Below, piece after piece: positions 1 through 13,206 of a stretch of 64,000 nucleotides of DNA. The translations under genes and the position numbers were made by a program. The stretch spans positions 80,290,001-80,354,000 of the forward strand of contig OZ024745.1 of assembly GCA_964016885.1 (NCBI GenBank), given 5' to 3'. Each line of letters opens with the position of its first letter. Positions within the stretch are counted from its first letter, which is position 1. This DNA comes from Eledone cirrhosa (Eukaryota). The notes beneath the pieces were generated by a model. The model saw only the letters and a list, made by a program, of their open reading frames with translations, was not told where the DNA came from and ran no database searches.

Positions 1-2185
1 GGGAGAAGTGTGTACTTAATGATGATGGTGTACTTGCCATCACTGATGCTGATAAGAAGGTAGCCTGGAAGTGTCACTACGAAAGGCTACTAAATGAGGA
101 GATTAAATGGGAGAAAGACAGTCTCCCCCACATCGACCCAATAGAGGGACCAGCAGTGTTAATCGAAGGTAGTATAATAAGTAAGGCAACGAAAGATATG
201 AAGACGGGTAAGGCGGCTGGGCCTTCGGAAATAGTTGCTGAGATGCTGAAAGCCTCTGGAACGGTGGGACACACAATGGTCACCCGGATAGTAAACCAAG
301 TCATACAGAATGACTGGCGTAGCAGCATCATCATTAACTGCTATAAGGGTAAAGGAGATGCCCTAGATAGGAGTAACTATAGAGGCATTAAATTAATCGA
401 CCAGGTCATGAAGGTCACACAAAAAGTAATAGCGCAACTAATCAGAGAGAGAATTTATCTAGATGAAATGCAGTTCGGGTTTGTGTCAGGCAAAAGTACC
501 ACAGACGCTCTTTCATTGTACAACTACAGGAGAAGTACCTAGCTCAAAGTAAACCCCTATACTTAGCTTTTGTCGACTTGGAGAAAGCCTTCGACAGAGT
601 CCCCCCGTTCCATTATCTGGTGGGCTCTTAGAAAACTAGGTGTTGATGAATGGCTTGTGAGAGCTATACAAGCCATGTATAAAGAAACAGTCAGCAAGGT
701 TAGAATTAACAACGAATATAGTGAAGAGTTTAGCGTAAAAGTTGGTGCTCATCAGGGCTCTGTTCTTAGCCCCCTACTATTTAATATTGCCCTTCAGGCT
801 ATAACAGTGGAGTTCAAGACCGGCTGCCCATGGGAACTCCTATATGCAGATGATCTAACGCTCATAGCTGAATCAATGGCCGAACTAGAGAAGAAATTCC
901 AAACATGGAAGCATGGCCTAGAATCAAAAGGCCTTAAAATTAACCTGTCTAAGACTAAAGTTCTAGTTTGTAGGAAGGAAAATAGGGCGCCGGTCCCATC
1001 CGGGAAATGGCCATGCTCAGTGTGTAGGAAAGGAGTAGGTAGAAACTCCATTTTATGTCCCAAATGCAAAGTATGGGTGCATAAAAGATGTGGTGGGATC
1101 ACAGTAAGCTAACTGAGAACATAGATTTTATATGTGGCCGGTGCTCTGGTGCAATAAGTAGCAGCAAGTGTCCACAGAATACTAGCTCTTTCAATTGAAC
1201 AGATGGTTCTATAGAAATAGTGGACAGCTTCCGTTACCTGGGTGACAAAATCAGCACTGGGGGAGGGTGCTCTGAAAGTACAGTAGCTAGAGTCAGAACT
1301 GGATGGAAAAAGTTCAGAAAGCTTATACCACTATTAGCCGCTAAAGGGTTCTCCCTAAAAATGAAAGTCAGGTTGTATGATGCCTGCATACGAACAGCAA
1401 TGTTGCATGGCAGTGAGACCTGGGCATTGTGTGCAGAGGATATACGCAGACTAGAGAGGATCGAAGCTTGCATGCTCCGCTGGATGTGTAATAGTAATAT
1501 ACGTGAACGGCAAAGTATAAACGAACTAAGGGAAAAATTAGAAATAAGAGGGATCAGATGTTGTTTACTCGAGAGAAGGCTACGTTGGTATGGTCACGTG
1601 ATGCACATGAAAGACGATAGCTGTATAAAAAAGTGCAGGGCAATAAAAATAGACGGTAGCCACGGAGTAGGCAGACCCAGAAAAACCTGGGACGACTTGA
1701 TAAATTCCGACCTCACACACTTACACCTCTCCAAGACAATGTCACTGAACTGAGATCTTTGGCGCTACACAGTAATAGAGAAGACCCGCCTTACCTAAAT
1801 ACAAAGTAAAACCTACTACACTCAGTAGGCACTTCTAACAAAATACACCCCCGTCCCACTACCTCCATCCCATCCACACCACCCCTTTCAATGTAAAGTT
1901 ATGTTGGTACAACAAAATCCAGGCCGAAACAAATGAGGTCGTGTAGGTGTCACGACAAAAAAACACACAGTCCACGCTGTAATGTGGCCGTGTAGGTAAC
2001 ACGGTAAAAACCTCCCAGTTCCACACTGTAAATGTGGTTGGTGTTAGGAAGAGCATCCAGCCGTAGAAAACCCGTCAGACAGTCCTATGTGAGCAAGATA
2101 ACCACTCTTGCCTCAAGTGGGAAAACTCTCGTCCAAACCCATGCAAGCGTGGAATATGGACGTTAAACGATGATGATGTTGATAA

Positions 2186-2187
<2 letters not shown>
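1..2187 (+). mobile_element. RTE-clade LINE, family A, decayed (RT, PHD finger, C-terminus, 3' UTR, (GAT)n tail); begins before the window
   Basis: ORFs 156-542, 570-1112 and 1220-1753 are frameshifted pieces of one ORF2 (KGKGD..NYRGIKL, QFGF, HQGSVLSPLLF, LLYADD, HGSETW, RRLRWYGHV, GRPRKTW); ends ggacgttaaacgatgatgat before (TA)n. Confidence 0.93.
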
Positions 2188-2267
<80 letters not shown>

Positions 2268-2562
2268 ATATATTATATATATATATATTATATATATATA
2301 TATATATTATATATATATATATATTATATATATATTATATATATATATATATTATATATACATATATATTATATATATATTATATATATATATATATTAT
2401 ATATATATATATGTTATATATATATATATATTATATATATATATTATATATATATTATATATATATATTATATATATATATTATATATATATATTATATA
2501 TATATATTATATATATATATTATATATATATATATTATATATATATATTATATATATATATA
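2188..2562. repeat. Imperfect (TA)n microsatellite (representative of dozens of such arrays between 2.2 and 53 kb)
   Basis: TA dinucleotide runs with a TT phase shift every ~9-20 nt; source of the spurious IYIY ORFs. Confidence 0.98.
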
Positions 2563-5500
2563 TCATCATCATCATCATCACCGTTTTACGTCCGTTCTTC
2601 CACGCTAGCATGGGTTAGACGGGTTGTCCTGTTGTGGGCAGTGTCTGGTCGGCTGACCATGCCTTGCTCATACAGGAACTGATCTGGCTTGATTTCTACA
2701 GCTGGATGCCCTTCCTAACACCAACCTCATTTACAGTGAGTGCTGGGTGCTTTTTCGTGGCGCCTACACGTCCACTTTACAGTGTGGGCTGGGTGCTTTT
2801 TTGCCGTGGCACCTCCACGACCACCTTGCGGTGGGGGGGGGGGGCATATTGATTATATGCTTCAGCATGTACCCATGGGAGGTCGGGTACCCTGTATTAC
2901 TGCGTGACGCCAGAAGTCACGGTCGTGTGTCATTGACTTTGAGAGGTGTAGTTGGGTAAGGTCGGCTTTTATCACCTCATCCCAAGTCATCTTGGGTCTC
3001 CCCACTCCGCGGTTTCCATCAACTTCTAGTGCTCTGCACCTTTTTATGCAGCTGTCATCCTTCATACGCATCACATGTCCATACCAGCGTAACCGCCTCT
3101 CCTGCACGCAGCATTTGATTCCTCTTATGCTCAGTCTCTCTCTCAATTCCTTTATGCTTTGTCGTTGACGTATATTACTGTTACACATCCATCGGAGCAT
3201 GCAGGCTTCGTTTCTCTCTAATCTACGTAAGTCTTCCACCTTCAGCGCCCAGGTCTCACTACCATGCAACATCGCTGTTCGGATACACGCATCATACAGT
3301 CTGCCTTTCATTCTGAGGGAGAAGCCTTTTGCAGCTAGCAGTGGTAGTAGTTCCCTAAACTTCTTCCATCCCGTTCTTACCCTAGTTATTGTACTTTCTG
3401 AGCACCCACCTCCGTTGCTAATTCGGTCACCTAGGTAGCAGAAGCTGTCTACTGTTTCTACAGGGCCCTCCCAGAGATTGGTGGTACTTGTTTCCTGTGG
3501 CTGTTTGCTTGCTGTTTCAGCACAGCTGCTGCATGTGAATCCTACATTCTTAATTAAGCTTCCTGAGATCCCGCTACATCTCTTGTGTACCCATTGTTTG
3601 CATTTGGGGCAGAGAATGGAGTTCCTACCTACACCTTTCCTACATACTGAGCAAGGCCATTTCCCTGAGGGGATCTGGGTTCTGTTTTCTCGTCTACTTA
3701 TAAGGACCTTAGTCTTTGTCATGTTGACTTTGAGGCCCTTTCTCTCTAGTCCCTGCTTCCAGGTTTGGAATTTATTCTCTAGTTCTACCATAGATTCAGC
3801 TATGAGTGCGAGGTCATCAGCATACAGGAGTTCCCATGGGCATCCGGTCTTAAACTCCTCCGTTATTGCCTGCAGGACTATGATGAACAGGAGAGGGCTA
3901 AGAACAGAGCCCTGGTGGACCCCAACCTGTACGCTAAATTCCTCGCTATACTCATTGCCAATCCTAACTTTGCTGACTGCTCCCCTATACATGGCTTGTA
4001 CCGCTTTCACAAGCCATTCATCTACTCCTAGTTTTCTAAGAGCCCACCAGATTACTGCACGTGGAACTCTGTCAAAGGCTTTCTCAAGGTCGACAAATGC
4101 CAAGTAGAGTGGCTTACTTTTAGCTAGGTACTTTTCCTGTAATTGCCTCACAAGGAAGAGCGCATCAGTGGTGCCTTTCCCTGGTACAAACCCAAATTGC
4201 ATCTCGTCTATATTCACCCGGTCCCTAATCAGCTGTGCTATAACTCTTTCTGTTACTTTCATGACCTGGTCCATCAACTTTATACCTCTATAGTTTCCTC
4301 TATCTAGTGCATCGCCTTTACCTTTGTAGCAGTTGACAATGATGCTACTGCACCAATCTTTTGGTATGGCCCCCTCTAGTATTACCTGGTTAACGATACG
4401 TGTGGTTATAGTGTGACCTACAGACCCAGATGCCTTCAGCATCTCGGCAGCTATACCCGATGGACCGGTTGCCTTCCCTATCTTCATATCTCTGATTGCC
4501 TTACTTACTACGCTGCCGCTGACTTGTACTGCTGGTCCCTCTATAGGGTCTACGTGGGGTAGGGTCTCTTCTTCCCATGCATTCTCCTCATTTAGTAATC
4601 TATCATAATGACTCTTCCATGCATCTTTCTTCTCAGCACTTGTGAGGGCAAGCTCACCTTTATCATTCCGGATACACTTCTCTCCAATGACATCACAACT
4701 ATCTCTGACACACTGCCTCGCAATCTTGAATACCTCCTGTTTCTGGTCCTCACGTTGTAAAACATGCTTGAATTTTCTATCCTCTGCTTCCCTCCTAGCT
4801 AAGTATACTTGTCGCCTAGCTTCCCTCTTGGTCTCTATGTAATGTACCCTGCTCCCCCCGTTCTTCCATTCTTTCCATGCCTGTCTCTTGGCCTTGACTG
4901 CTTCATCTACCTTATTGTTCCACCACCAAGTCACTCTCCTCCTGCTTGAGGTCTTACTCCAGCCACAAACCTCATCCGTCGCCTCTAGTAAGTTATTTTT
5001 TAGGAACTCCCAGTTCTCTTCTACGTTAAATGTCTCTATCTGTTCTTCTTTACTGTCGTAGGCGTTGAGTAAAATATCTTTAAATCTGTTACTGGTTGAG
5101 GGGACTTTCAGCTTCCAGATCTTTCTTCTCCAGGTTGGCCTCTGTTTCAGGGCTCGTCTAGTTCTGACCGTGAGGTCGCTGACAACTAAGCTATGTTGGG
5201 ATGTACATTCCTCACTAGGGAAGGCTTTTGTGTTTACGACCGTCCATCTGTCACGTCCTCTGATGAGGATAAAATCTAACTGACTAGAGTGCTCCCCTGA
5301 TCTATAGGTGATCAGGTGGTTGTCGGGTTTTTTAAAGTTTGTGTTACATATCGACATGTCATTGGCGTCGCAGAATTCTAGAAGTCTGAATCCTTCCTCA
5401 TTCCTTGTGCCAACTCCATGGCCTCCATGTACTCTATTGAAGCCGTCGCAGTGTTTACCTACGTGTCCGTTAAAATCTCCTGCAATGATTAGGAAGTCCT

Positions 5501-5717
5501 TGTCATCTGTTAGAGCAGTAGTGTGTATTAGGGACTCGTAAAACCTATCCTTAAGTTCGTCTGGCAGCCCCGATTGGGGTGCGTAAGCTGATATTATTGT
5601 GGTAATTGTCTTATTCAGGACTAGTCTGAGTTTAATGATTCTTGCATTTACCCTGTACACTGAGATTACTTTATCTACCCACTTGTCAGCTAATAGTATA
5701 CCTACACCACCCATCCC
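2563..5717 (-). mobile_element. RTE-clade LINE, family B, 5'-truncated young copy
   Basis: (CAT)n tail at 2563, ~280-bp 3' UTR, uninterrupted ORF to 5714, abuts TA at the 5' truncation. Confidence 0.95.
2862..5714 (-). CDS. LINE ORF2: AP endonuclease (N-terminally truncated) + reverse transcriptase + PHD finger
   Basis: 950 aa without stops; APE motifs GVGIL, SAYAPQ, AGDFNGHVG, QLDFIL, SQHSLV; RT motifs FVDLEKAFD, VHQGSVLSP, YADD; C4HC3 finger CSVC..CPKC..WVHKRC..CSSC. The start ATG is probably incidental to the truncation. Confidence 0.92.
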   Translation of the reverse strand: MGGVGILLADKWVDKVISVYRVNARIIKLRLVLNKTITTIISAYAPQSGLPDELKDRFYESLIHTTALTDDKDFLIIAGDFNGHVGKHCDGFNRVHGGHGVGTRNEEGFRLLEFCDANDMSICNTNFKKPDNHLITYRSGEHSSQLDFILIRGRDRWTVVNTKAFPSEECTSQHSLVVSDLTVRTRRALKQRPTWRRKIWKLKVPSTSNRFKDILLNAYDSKEEQIETFNVEENWEFLKNNLLEATDEVCGWSKTSSRRRVTWWWNNKVDEAVKAKRQAWKEWKNGGSRVHYIETKREARRQVYLARREAEDRKFKHVLQREDQKQEVFKIARQCVRDSCDVIGEKCIRNDKGELALTSAEKKDAWKSHYDRLLNEENAWEEETLPHVDPIEGPAVQVSGSVVSKAIRDMKIGKATGPSGIAAEMLKASGSVGHTITTRIVNQVILEGAIPKDWCSSIIVNCYKGKGDALDRGNYRGIKLMDQVMKVTERVIAQLIRDRVNIDEMQFGFVPGKGTTDALFLVRQLQEKYLAKSKPLYLAFVDLEKAFDRVPRAVIWWALRKLGVDEWLVKAVQAMYRGAVSKVRIGNEYSEEFSVQVGVHQGSVLSPLLFIIVLQAITEEFKTGCPWELLYADDLALIAESMVELENKFQTWKQGLERKGLKVNMTKTKVLISRRENRTQIPSGKWPCSVCRKGVGRNSILCPKCKQWVHKRCSGISGSLIKNVGFTCSSCAETASKQPQETSTTNLWEGPVETVDSFCYLGDRISNGGGCSESTITRVRTGWKKFRELLPLLAAKGFSLRMKGRLYDACIRTAMLHGSETWALKVEDLRRLERNEACMLRWMCNSNIRQRQSIKELRERLSIRGIKCCVQERRLRWYGHVMRMKDDSCIKRCRALEVDGNRGVGRPKMTWDEVIKADLTQLHLSKSMTHDRDFWRHAVIQGTRPPMGTC

Positions 5718-5726
5718 ATATATATA

Positions 5727-5778
<52 letters not shown>

Positions 5779-5846
5779 TATATTTATATATTATATTATA
5801 TATATATATATATTTTATATATATATATAATATATATATATAATAT

Positions 5847-6243
5847 ATATGCAAAAGTTCTATTCGAAATTGTTGGGATACAACAAGTAAATATTTTTAT
5901 AACTGATATAAAGCACTCGACAAGTATTTGGAGTAGATATACGATATTAATAAATGGAAACTATATTTATAAAACCATATTTATTTCATTATACATATTT
6001 CAGGGATACCAAATTAAATCATGGTATGCCTTCATCAGACAAAATACAATATAGACTATCCAGATGGCTTCCAAAAATAATGGTTGCATTTTAAAAGGGT
6101 ACGTCAAACCTTACTTGTAAAACTGTTATATATTGTATTTTGTCTGATGAAGGCATACCATGACTTAATTTGGTATCCCTGTAATATGTATAATGAAATA
6201 AATATGGTTTTATAAATATAGTTTCCATTTATTAATAACGTAT
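5847..6243. mobile_element. Penelope-like pseudo-LTR fragment with inverted arms (family P1)
   Basis: 5948-6052 is the reverse complement of 6128-6237; flanked by TA; hammerhead in the arms; homologous to 40690-41725. Confidence 0.7.
5982..6046 (-). ncRNA. Type I hammerhead ribozyme (minimal stem III)
   Basis: Minus strand: uauuuugu CUGAUGA aggc-auacca..ugguau-cccu GAAA uaugua UA^ augaaaua. The plus-strand arm copy (6136-6200) has GAAA>GTAA. Confidence 0.75.
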
Positions 6244-6648
6244 ATATAATATATATATACATATAATATATATATATAATATATATATATATATAATATA
6301 TATATAATATATATATATATATTATATATATATATATTATATATATATATTATATATATATATATATTATATATATATATATATTATATATATATATATA
6401 TATATATTATATAGATATATATATTATATATATATATATATATTATATATATGTATATTATATATATATATTATATATATATATATTATATATATATTAT
6501 ATATATATATATATATATTATATATGTATATTATATATATATATATATATTACATATATATATTATATATATATATTATATATATATATATTATATATAT
6601 ATATTATATATATATATTTTATATATATATTATATATATATATATTAC

Positions 6649-6680
<32 letters not shown>

Positions 6681-6710
6681 ATATATATATATCAATATAT
6701 TATATATATA

Positions 6711-6750
<40 letters not shown>

Positions 6751-6797
6751 TATATAATATATATATATTATATAATATATATATATATATATAATAT

Positions 6798-6829
<32 letters not shown>

Positions 6830-6955
6830 ATATATATAATATATATATATATAATATAAATATATATATATATATTATATATATATATTATATATATATT
6901 ATGTATATATATATATAAATATATTATAAATATATATAGATATAATATGTATATA

Positions 6956-7044
<89 letters not shown>

Positions 7045-7095
7045 ATATAATACATATATATTATATTATATATATATAATATAATATATATATAT

Positions 7096-7155
<60 letters not shown>

Positions 7156-7211
7156 GACGTAAAATGAGGAAATTTGAAAAATTAAAAATTAACTTACTTA
7201 CTAAAATTTTC

Positions 7212-7293
7212 ACTCCAACTAATTAGTTTCTGTAATGGGATAAATATAGTTACACAATGTAACTATCGAGAATTCATTACGTCATCAGGGAGT
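7212..7293 (-). ncRNA. Type I hammerhead ribozyme, palindromic stem III
   Basis: acucc CUGAUGA c-guaaug...cauuac-a GAAA cuaauuag UU^ ggagu. Confidence 0.8.
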
Positions 7294-7739
7294 CTATTCT
7301 CAGCTAAGTTCCCAGGCAATGCGCGGACACTAGGAACCCATATAAAAATAATAATTCAGTGGATGTAATAATCTAGCGGGGACTAAATTCCATAGCACTG
7401 AAAAAGTTCACTGCCTCTGGTCAGTGGTGGATTCTAAAGAATCAATCACGTGACACTGAGGTTAGTCAGTTAGGAGTGGGGTGGTATTATGACAAGAGCC
7501 TACTACTACTAAAATGAATTAGCAGTAGATTTGGCAAGTTTGCTCAACAAATAATTTGGAGATAAATATAGAGAATTAATACATCTACCAACATATGCGT
7601 ACAGATGTACACTAATACTAGTAAATATATAAGTTATGTCAAAGTACCTAGGTGGTTCAATGCAGGGGGATGCAGAACAATTATATGAAAGACGTAAAAT
7701 AATGGAATTTTAAAAATTAACTTACTTACTAAAATTTTC

Positions 7740-7821
7740 ACTCCAACTAATTAGTTTCTGTAATGGGATAAATATAGTTACACAATGTAACTATCGAGGA
7801 TTCATTACGTCATCAGGAAGT
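7740..7821 (-). ncRNA. Hammerhead ribozyme, second tandem copy
   Basis: Same fold; stem I acuuc/ggagu with a G-U pair. Confidence 0.75.
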
Positions 7822-8068
7822 CTATTCTCAGCTAAGTTCCCAGGCAATACGCGAACACTAGGAACCCATATAAAAATAATAATTCAGTGGATGTAATAAG
7901 CTAGCGGGGACTAAATTCCATAGCACTGAAAAAGTTCACTGCCTCTGGTCAGTGGTGGATTCTAAAGAATCAATCACGTGACACTGAGGTTAGTCAGTTC
8001 CGAGTGGGGTGGTATTATGACAAGAGCCTACTACTACTACTATATATAATATAATATATATATATATG

Positions 8069-8133
<65 letters not shown>

Positions 8134-8205
8134 ATATGTATATATAATATAATATATATATATATATATTATATATACATATATATATTATATATATATA
8201 TATAT

Positions 8206-8419
8206 GTGAAGGCGTGTGGCTGAGTGGCTAGAGAATTGGATTCGAAAACGTAAGGTTGTGAGTTCGATTCCTGGATGCGTTATGTCCTTGAGCAAGACAC
8301 TTTATTTCACGTTGCTCCTTCTACCTGGAGTTGCGACCGATAGATAGTATTAGCAATTGGAAAGACCATCGGAAACATTGTTCCCTCGGTCCGATTTGAC
8401 GAAAGTCGATCGTTCCTTT
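8206..8419 (+). mobile_element. tRNA-derived CORE-like SINE (SINE-1)
   Basis: A box TGGCTGAGTGG, B box GAGTTCGATTCC, CORE-like tgtccttgagcaagacacttta, 3' hairpin then TTTT; copies at 10666 and 14378. Confidence 0.8.
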
Positions 8420-8432
8420 TATATATATATAT

Positions 8433-8493
<61 letters not shown>

Positions 8494-8664
8494 ATATATT
8501 ATATATATATATATATTATATATATATATATATTATATATATATATATATATTATATATATATATATTATATATATATATATTATATATATATATATTAT
8601 ATATATATATATGGAGGGATATTATATATGTAGATATTATATATTATATATATATTATATATAT

Positions 8665-8712
<48 letters not shown>

Positions 8713-9010
8713 ATATATATTATATATATATATATATTATATATATATAAATATTATATATGTATATTATATATATATATTATATATATATATTATATAT
8801 ATACATTATATATATATATATATTATATATATATTATATATATATATATATTATATATATATATTATATATATATATATATTTTATATATATATTATATA
8901 TATATATATTACACATATATATAATATATATATATATATATAATATATATATATCAATATATTATATATATATATATTATATATATATATATATAATATA
9001 TATATATAAT

Positions 9011-9044
<34 letters not shown>

Positions 9045-9048
9045 ATAT

Positions 9049-9082
<34 letters not shown>

Positions 9083-9090
9083 ATATATAT

Positions 9091-9122
<32 letters not shown>

Positions 9123-9225
9123 ATATATATAATATATATATAATATAAATATATATATATATATATTATATATATTATGTATATATATATATAAATATAT
9201 TATATATATAATATGTATATAAATA

Positions 9226-9274
<49 letters not shown>

Positions 9275-9316
9275 GTATATATAATATTATACATATATAA
9301 TAGAATATATATATAT

Positions 9317-9364
<48 letters not shown>

Positions 9365-9370
<6 letters not shown>

Positions 9371-9529
9371 GACGTAAGATAAGGAAATTTGTAAAATTAA
9401 AAATTAACTTACTTACTAAAATTTTCACTCCCACTAATTAGTTTCTGTAATGGGATAAATACAGTTACACAATGTAACTATCGAGAATCCATTACATCAT
9501 CAGGGAGTCTATTCTCAGCTTAGTTCCCA
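9365..9529 (-). mobile_element. Truncated P2 copy
   Basis: Homologous to 7149-7315; the hammerhead cleavage triplet is GUG (expected inactive). Confidence 0.75.
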
Positions 9530-9632
9530 TATATATATATATATTATATATATATATATTACATATATATATAATATATATATATATATATAATATATAT
9601 ATATCAATATATTATATATATATATATATAAT

Positions 9633-9666
<34 letters not shown>

Positions 9667-9670
9667 ATAT

Positions 9671-9704
<34 letters not shown>

Positions 9705-9708
9705 ATAT

Positions 9709-9763
<55 letters not shown>

Positions 9764-9895
9764 ATATATATATATATATATAATATATATAATATATATA
9801 TATATAATATAAATATATATATATATATATTATATATATTATGTATATATATATATAAATATATTATATATATATATATATATAATATGTATATA

Positions 9896-9946
<51 letters not shown>

Positions 9947-9992
9947 ATATGTATATATAATATAATACATATATAATATAATATATATATAT

Positions 9993-10052
<60 letters not shown>

Positions 10053-10058
<6 letters not shown>

Positions 10059-10351
10059 GACGTAAGATAAGGAAATTTTAAAAATAAAAAATTAACTTAC
10101 TTACTAAAATTTTCACTCCAACTAATTAGTCTATTCTCAGCTAAGTTCCCAGGCAATGCGCGGACACTAGGAACCCATATAAGAATAATAATTCAGTGGA
10201 TGTAATAAGCTAGCGGGGACTAAATTCCATAGCACTGAAAAAGTTCACTGCCTCTGGTCAGTGGTGGATTCTAAAGAATCAATCACGTGACACTGAGGTT
10301 AGTCAGTTAGGAGTGGGGTGGTATTATGACAAGTGCCTACTACTACTACTA
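10053..10351 (-). mobile_element. P2 copy with the hammerhead core deleted
   Basis: actaattagt joined directly to ctattctcag, removing GAAA, stem II and CUGAUGA. Confidence 0.75.
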
Positions 10352-10463
10352 TATATAATATAATATATATATATATAATATATATATATTATATTATATA
10401 TATATATATATATTATATATATATATTATATATATATATATATAATATTATATATATAATATA

Positions 10464-10505
<42 letters not shown>

Positions 10506-10665
10506 AGTATATATAATATAATATATATATATATATATATAATATAATATATATATATTATATATATATTATATTATATATATATTATATTATATATATA
10601 TATATTATATATATACATATATATATTATATATACATATATATATTATATATATATATTATATAT

Positions 10666-10888
10666 GTGAAGGCGTGTGGCTGAGTGGTTAGAGAATTGGA
10701 TTCGAAAACGTAAGGTTGTGAGTTCGATTCCTGGACCAGGCGATGCGTTATGTCCTTGAGCAAGACACTTTATTTCACGTTGCTCCTTCTACCTGGAGTT
10801 GCGACCGATAGATAGTATTAGCAATTGGTAAGACCATCGGAAACATTGTTCCCTCGGTCCGATTTGACGAAAGTCGATCGTTCCTTTT
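10666..10888 (+). mobile_element. SINE-1 copy
   Basis: Near-identical to 8206-8419. Confidence 0.8.
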
Positions 10889-10951
10889 ATATATATATAT
10901 TATATATATATATATATTATATATATATATATTATATATATTTATATATAT

Positions 10952-11007
<56 letters not shown>

Positions 11008-11035
11008 ATATATATATATATATATTATATATATA

Positions 11036-11078
<43 letters not shown>

Positions 11079-11193
11079 AAATATTATATATATATTATAT
11101 ATATATATATTATATATATATATTATATATATACCTTATATATATATATTATATATATATATATATTTTATATATATATTATATATATATTAC

Positions 11194-11258
<65 letters not shown>

Positions 11259-11323
11259 TATATATCAATATATTATATATATATATATTATATATATATA
11301 TATATATAATATATATATATAAT

Positions 11324-11357
<34 letters not shown>

Positions 11358-11361
11358 ATAT

Positions 11362-11393
<32 letters not shown>

Positions 11394-11623
11394 ATATATA
11401 TATATATATATAATATATATATATATATAATATATATAATATATATATATATAATATAAATATATATATATATTATATATATATTATGTATATATATATA
11501 TAAATATATTATATATATATATATAATATGTATATAAATAATATATATATATATATATAATATGTATATATAATATAATACATATATATTATATTATATA
11601 TATATAATATAATATTTATATAT

Positions 11624-11716
<93 letters not shown>

Positions 11717-11721
<5 letters not shown>

Positions 11722-12611
11722 GACGTAAAATAAGGAAATTTTAAAAATTAAAAATTAACTTACTAAAATTTTCACTCAAACTAATTAGTTTCTGTCATGG
11801 GATAAATATAGTTACACAATGTAACTATCGAGAATTCATTACGTCATCAGCGAGTCGCTTCTCAGCTAAGTTCCCAGGCAATGCGCGGACACTAGGAACC
11901 CATATAAAGATAATAATTCAGTGGATGTAATAAGCTAGCGGGGACTAAATTCTATAGTACTGAAAAAGTTCACTGCCTCTGGTCAGTGGTGGATTCTAAA
12001 GAATCAATCACGTGACACTGAGGTTAGTCAGTTAGGAGTGGGGTGGTATTATGACAAGAGCCTACTACAACTACTATGAATTAGCAGTAGATTTGGCAAG
12101 TTTGCTCAACAAATAATTTGGAGATAAATATAGAGAATTAATACATCTACCAACATGTGCGTACAGATGTACACTAATACTAGTAAATATATAAGTTATG
12201 TCAAAGTACCTAGGTGGGTTAATGCAGGGGGGTGCAGAACAATTATATGAAAGACGTAAAATAAGGAAATCTTAAAAATTAAAAATTAACTTACTTACTT
12301 AAATTTTCACTCCAACTAATTAGTTTCTGTAATGGGATAAATATAGTTACACAATGTAACTATCGAGAATTCATTACGTCATCAGGGAGTCTCTTCTCAG
12401 CTAAGTTCCCAGGCAATGCGCGGACACTAGGAACCCATATAAAAATAATAATTCAGTGGATGTAATAAGCTAGCGGGGACTAAATTCCATAGCACTGAAA
12501 AAGTTCAGTGCCTCTGGTCAGTGGTGGATTCTAAAGAATCAATCACATGACACTGAGGTTAGTCAGTTAGGAGTGGGGTGGTATTATGACAAGTGCCTAC
12601 TACTACTACTA
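11717..12611 (-). mobile_element. P2 tandem copy (hammerheads at ~11774, mutated, and 12309-12390, intact)
   Basis: Same 1.7-unit structure as 7149-8042; spacing 535 nt. Confidence 0.8.
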
Positions 12612-12659
12612 TATATAATATAATATATATATATATAATATATATATATTATATTATAT

Positions 12660-12704
<45 letters not shown>

Positions 12705-12752
12705 ATTATATATATATATATAATATGTATATATAATATAATATATATATAT

Positions 12753-12783
<31 letters not shown>

Positions 12784-12828
12784 CATTATATATATATATT
12801 ATATATATATATATAATATGTATATATA

Positions 12829-12878
<50 letters not shown>

Positions 12879-12926
12879 ATTATATATATATATATATTTT
12901 ATATATATATTATATATATATGACAT

Positions 12927-12969
<43 letters not shown>

Positions 12970-13034
12970 TATAATATATATATATATCAATATATTATAT
13001 ATATATATATTATATATATATATATATATATAAT

Positions 13035-13068
<34 letters not shown>

Positions 13069-13161
13069 ATATATATATATATAATATATATATATATAAT
13101 AAGTATATATAATATAATATATATATATATATAATATAATATATATATATTTTATATATAT

Positions 13162-13203
<42 letters not shown>

Positions 13204-13206
<3 letters not shown>

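Larger units (their letters stand above)
7149..8042 (-). mobile_element. Non-coding PLE/retrozyme-like element, tandem ~530-bp units (family P2)
   Basis: tatgaaagacgtaaaat recurs at 7149 and ~7684; hammerheads at 7212 and 7740; TA flanks. Confidence 0.8.

Noticed and set aside
3199-5541. Plus-strand ORFs overlapping the LINE (and equivalents in other copies)
   Set aside because: Antisense shadows of the RT ORF with no independent motifs
6136-6200. Active hammerhead on the plus arm (also 9427, 10115, 11774, 51459)
   Set aside because: Core or cleavage-site lesions: GTAA, GUG triplet, core deletion, broken stem I, CCAAUGA
8211-8285. tRNA gene
   Set aside because: A/B boxes run into a CORE-like body in three copies and there is no proper acceptor stem: SINE head
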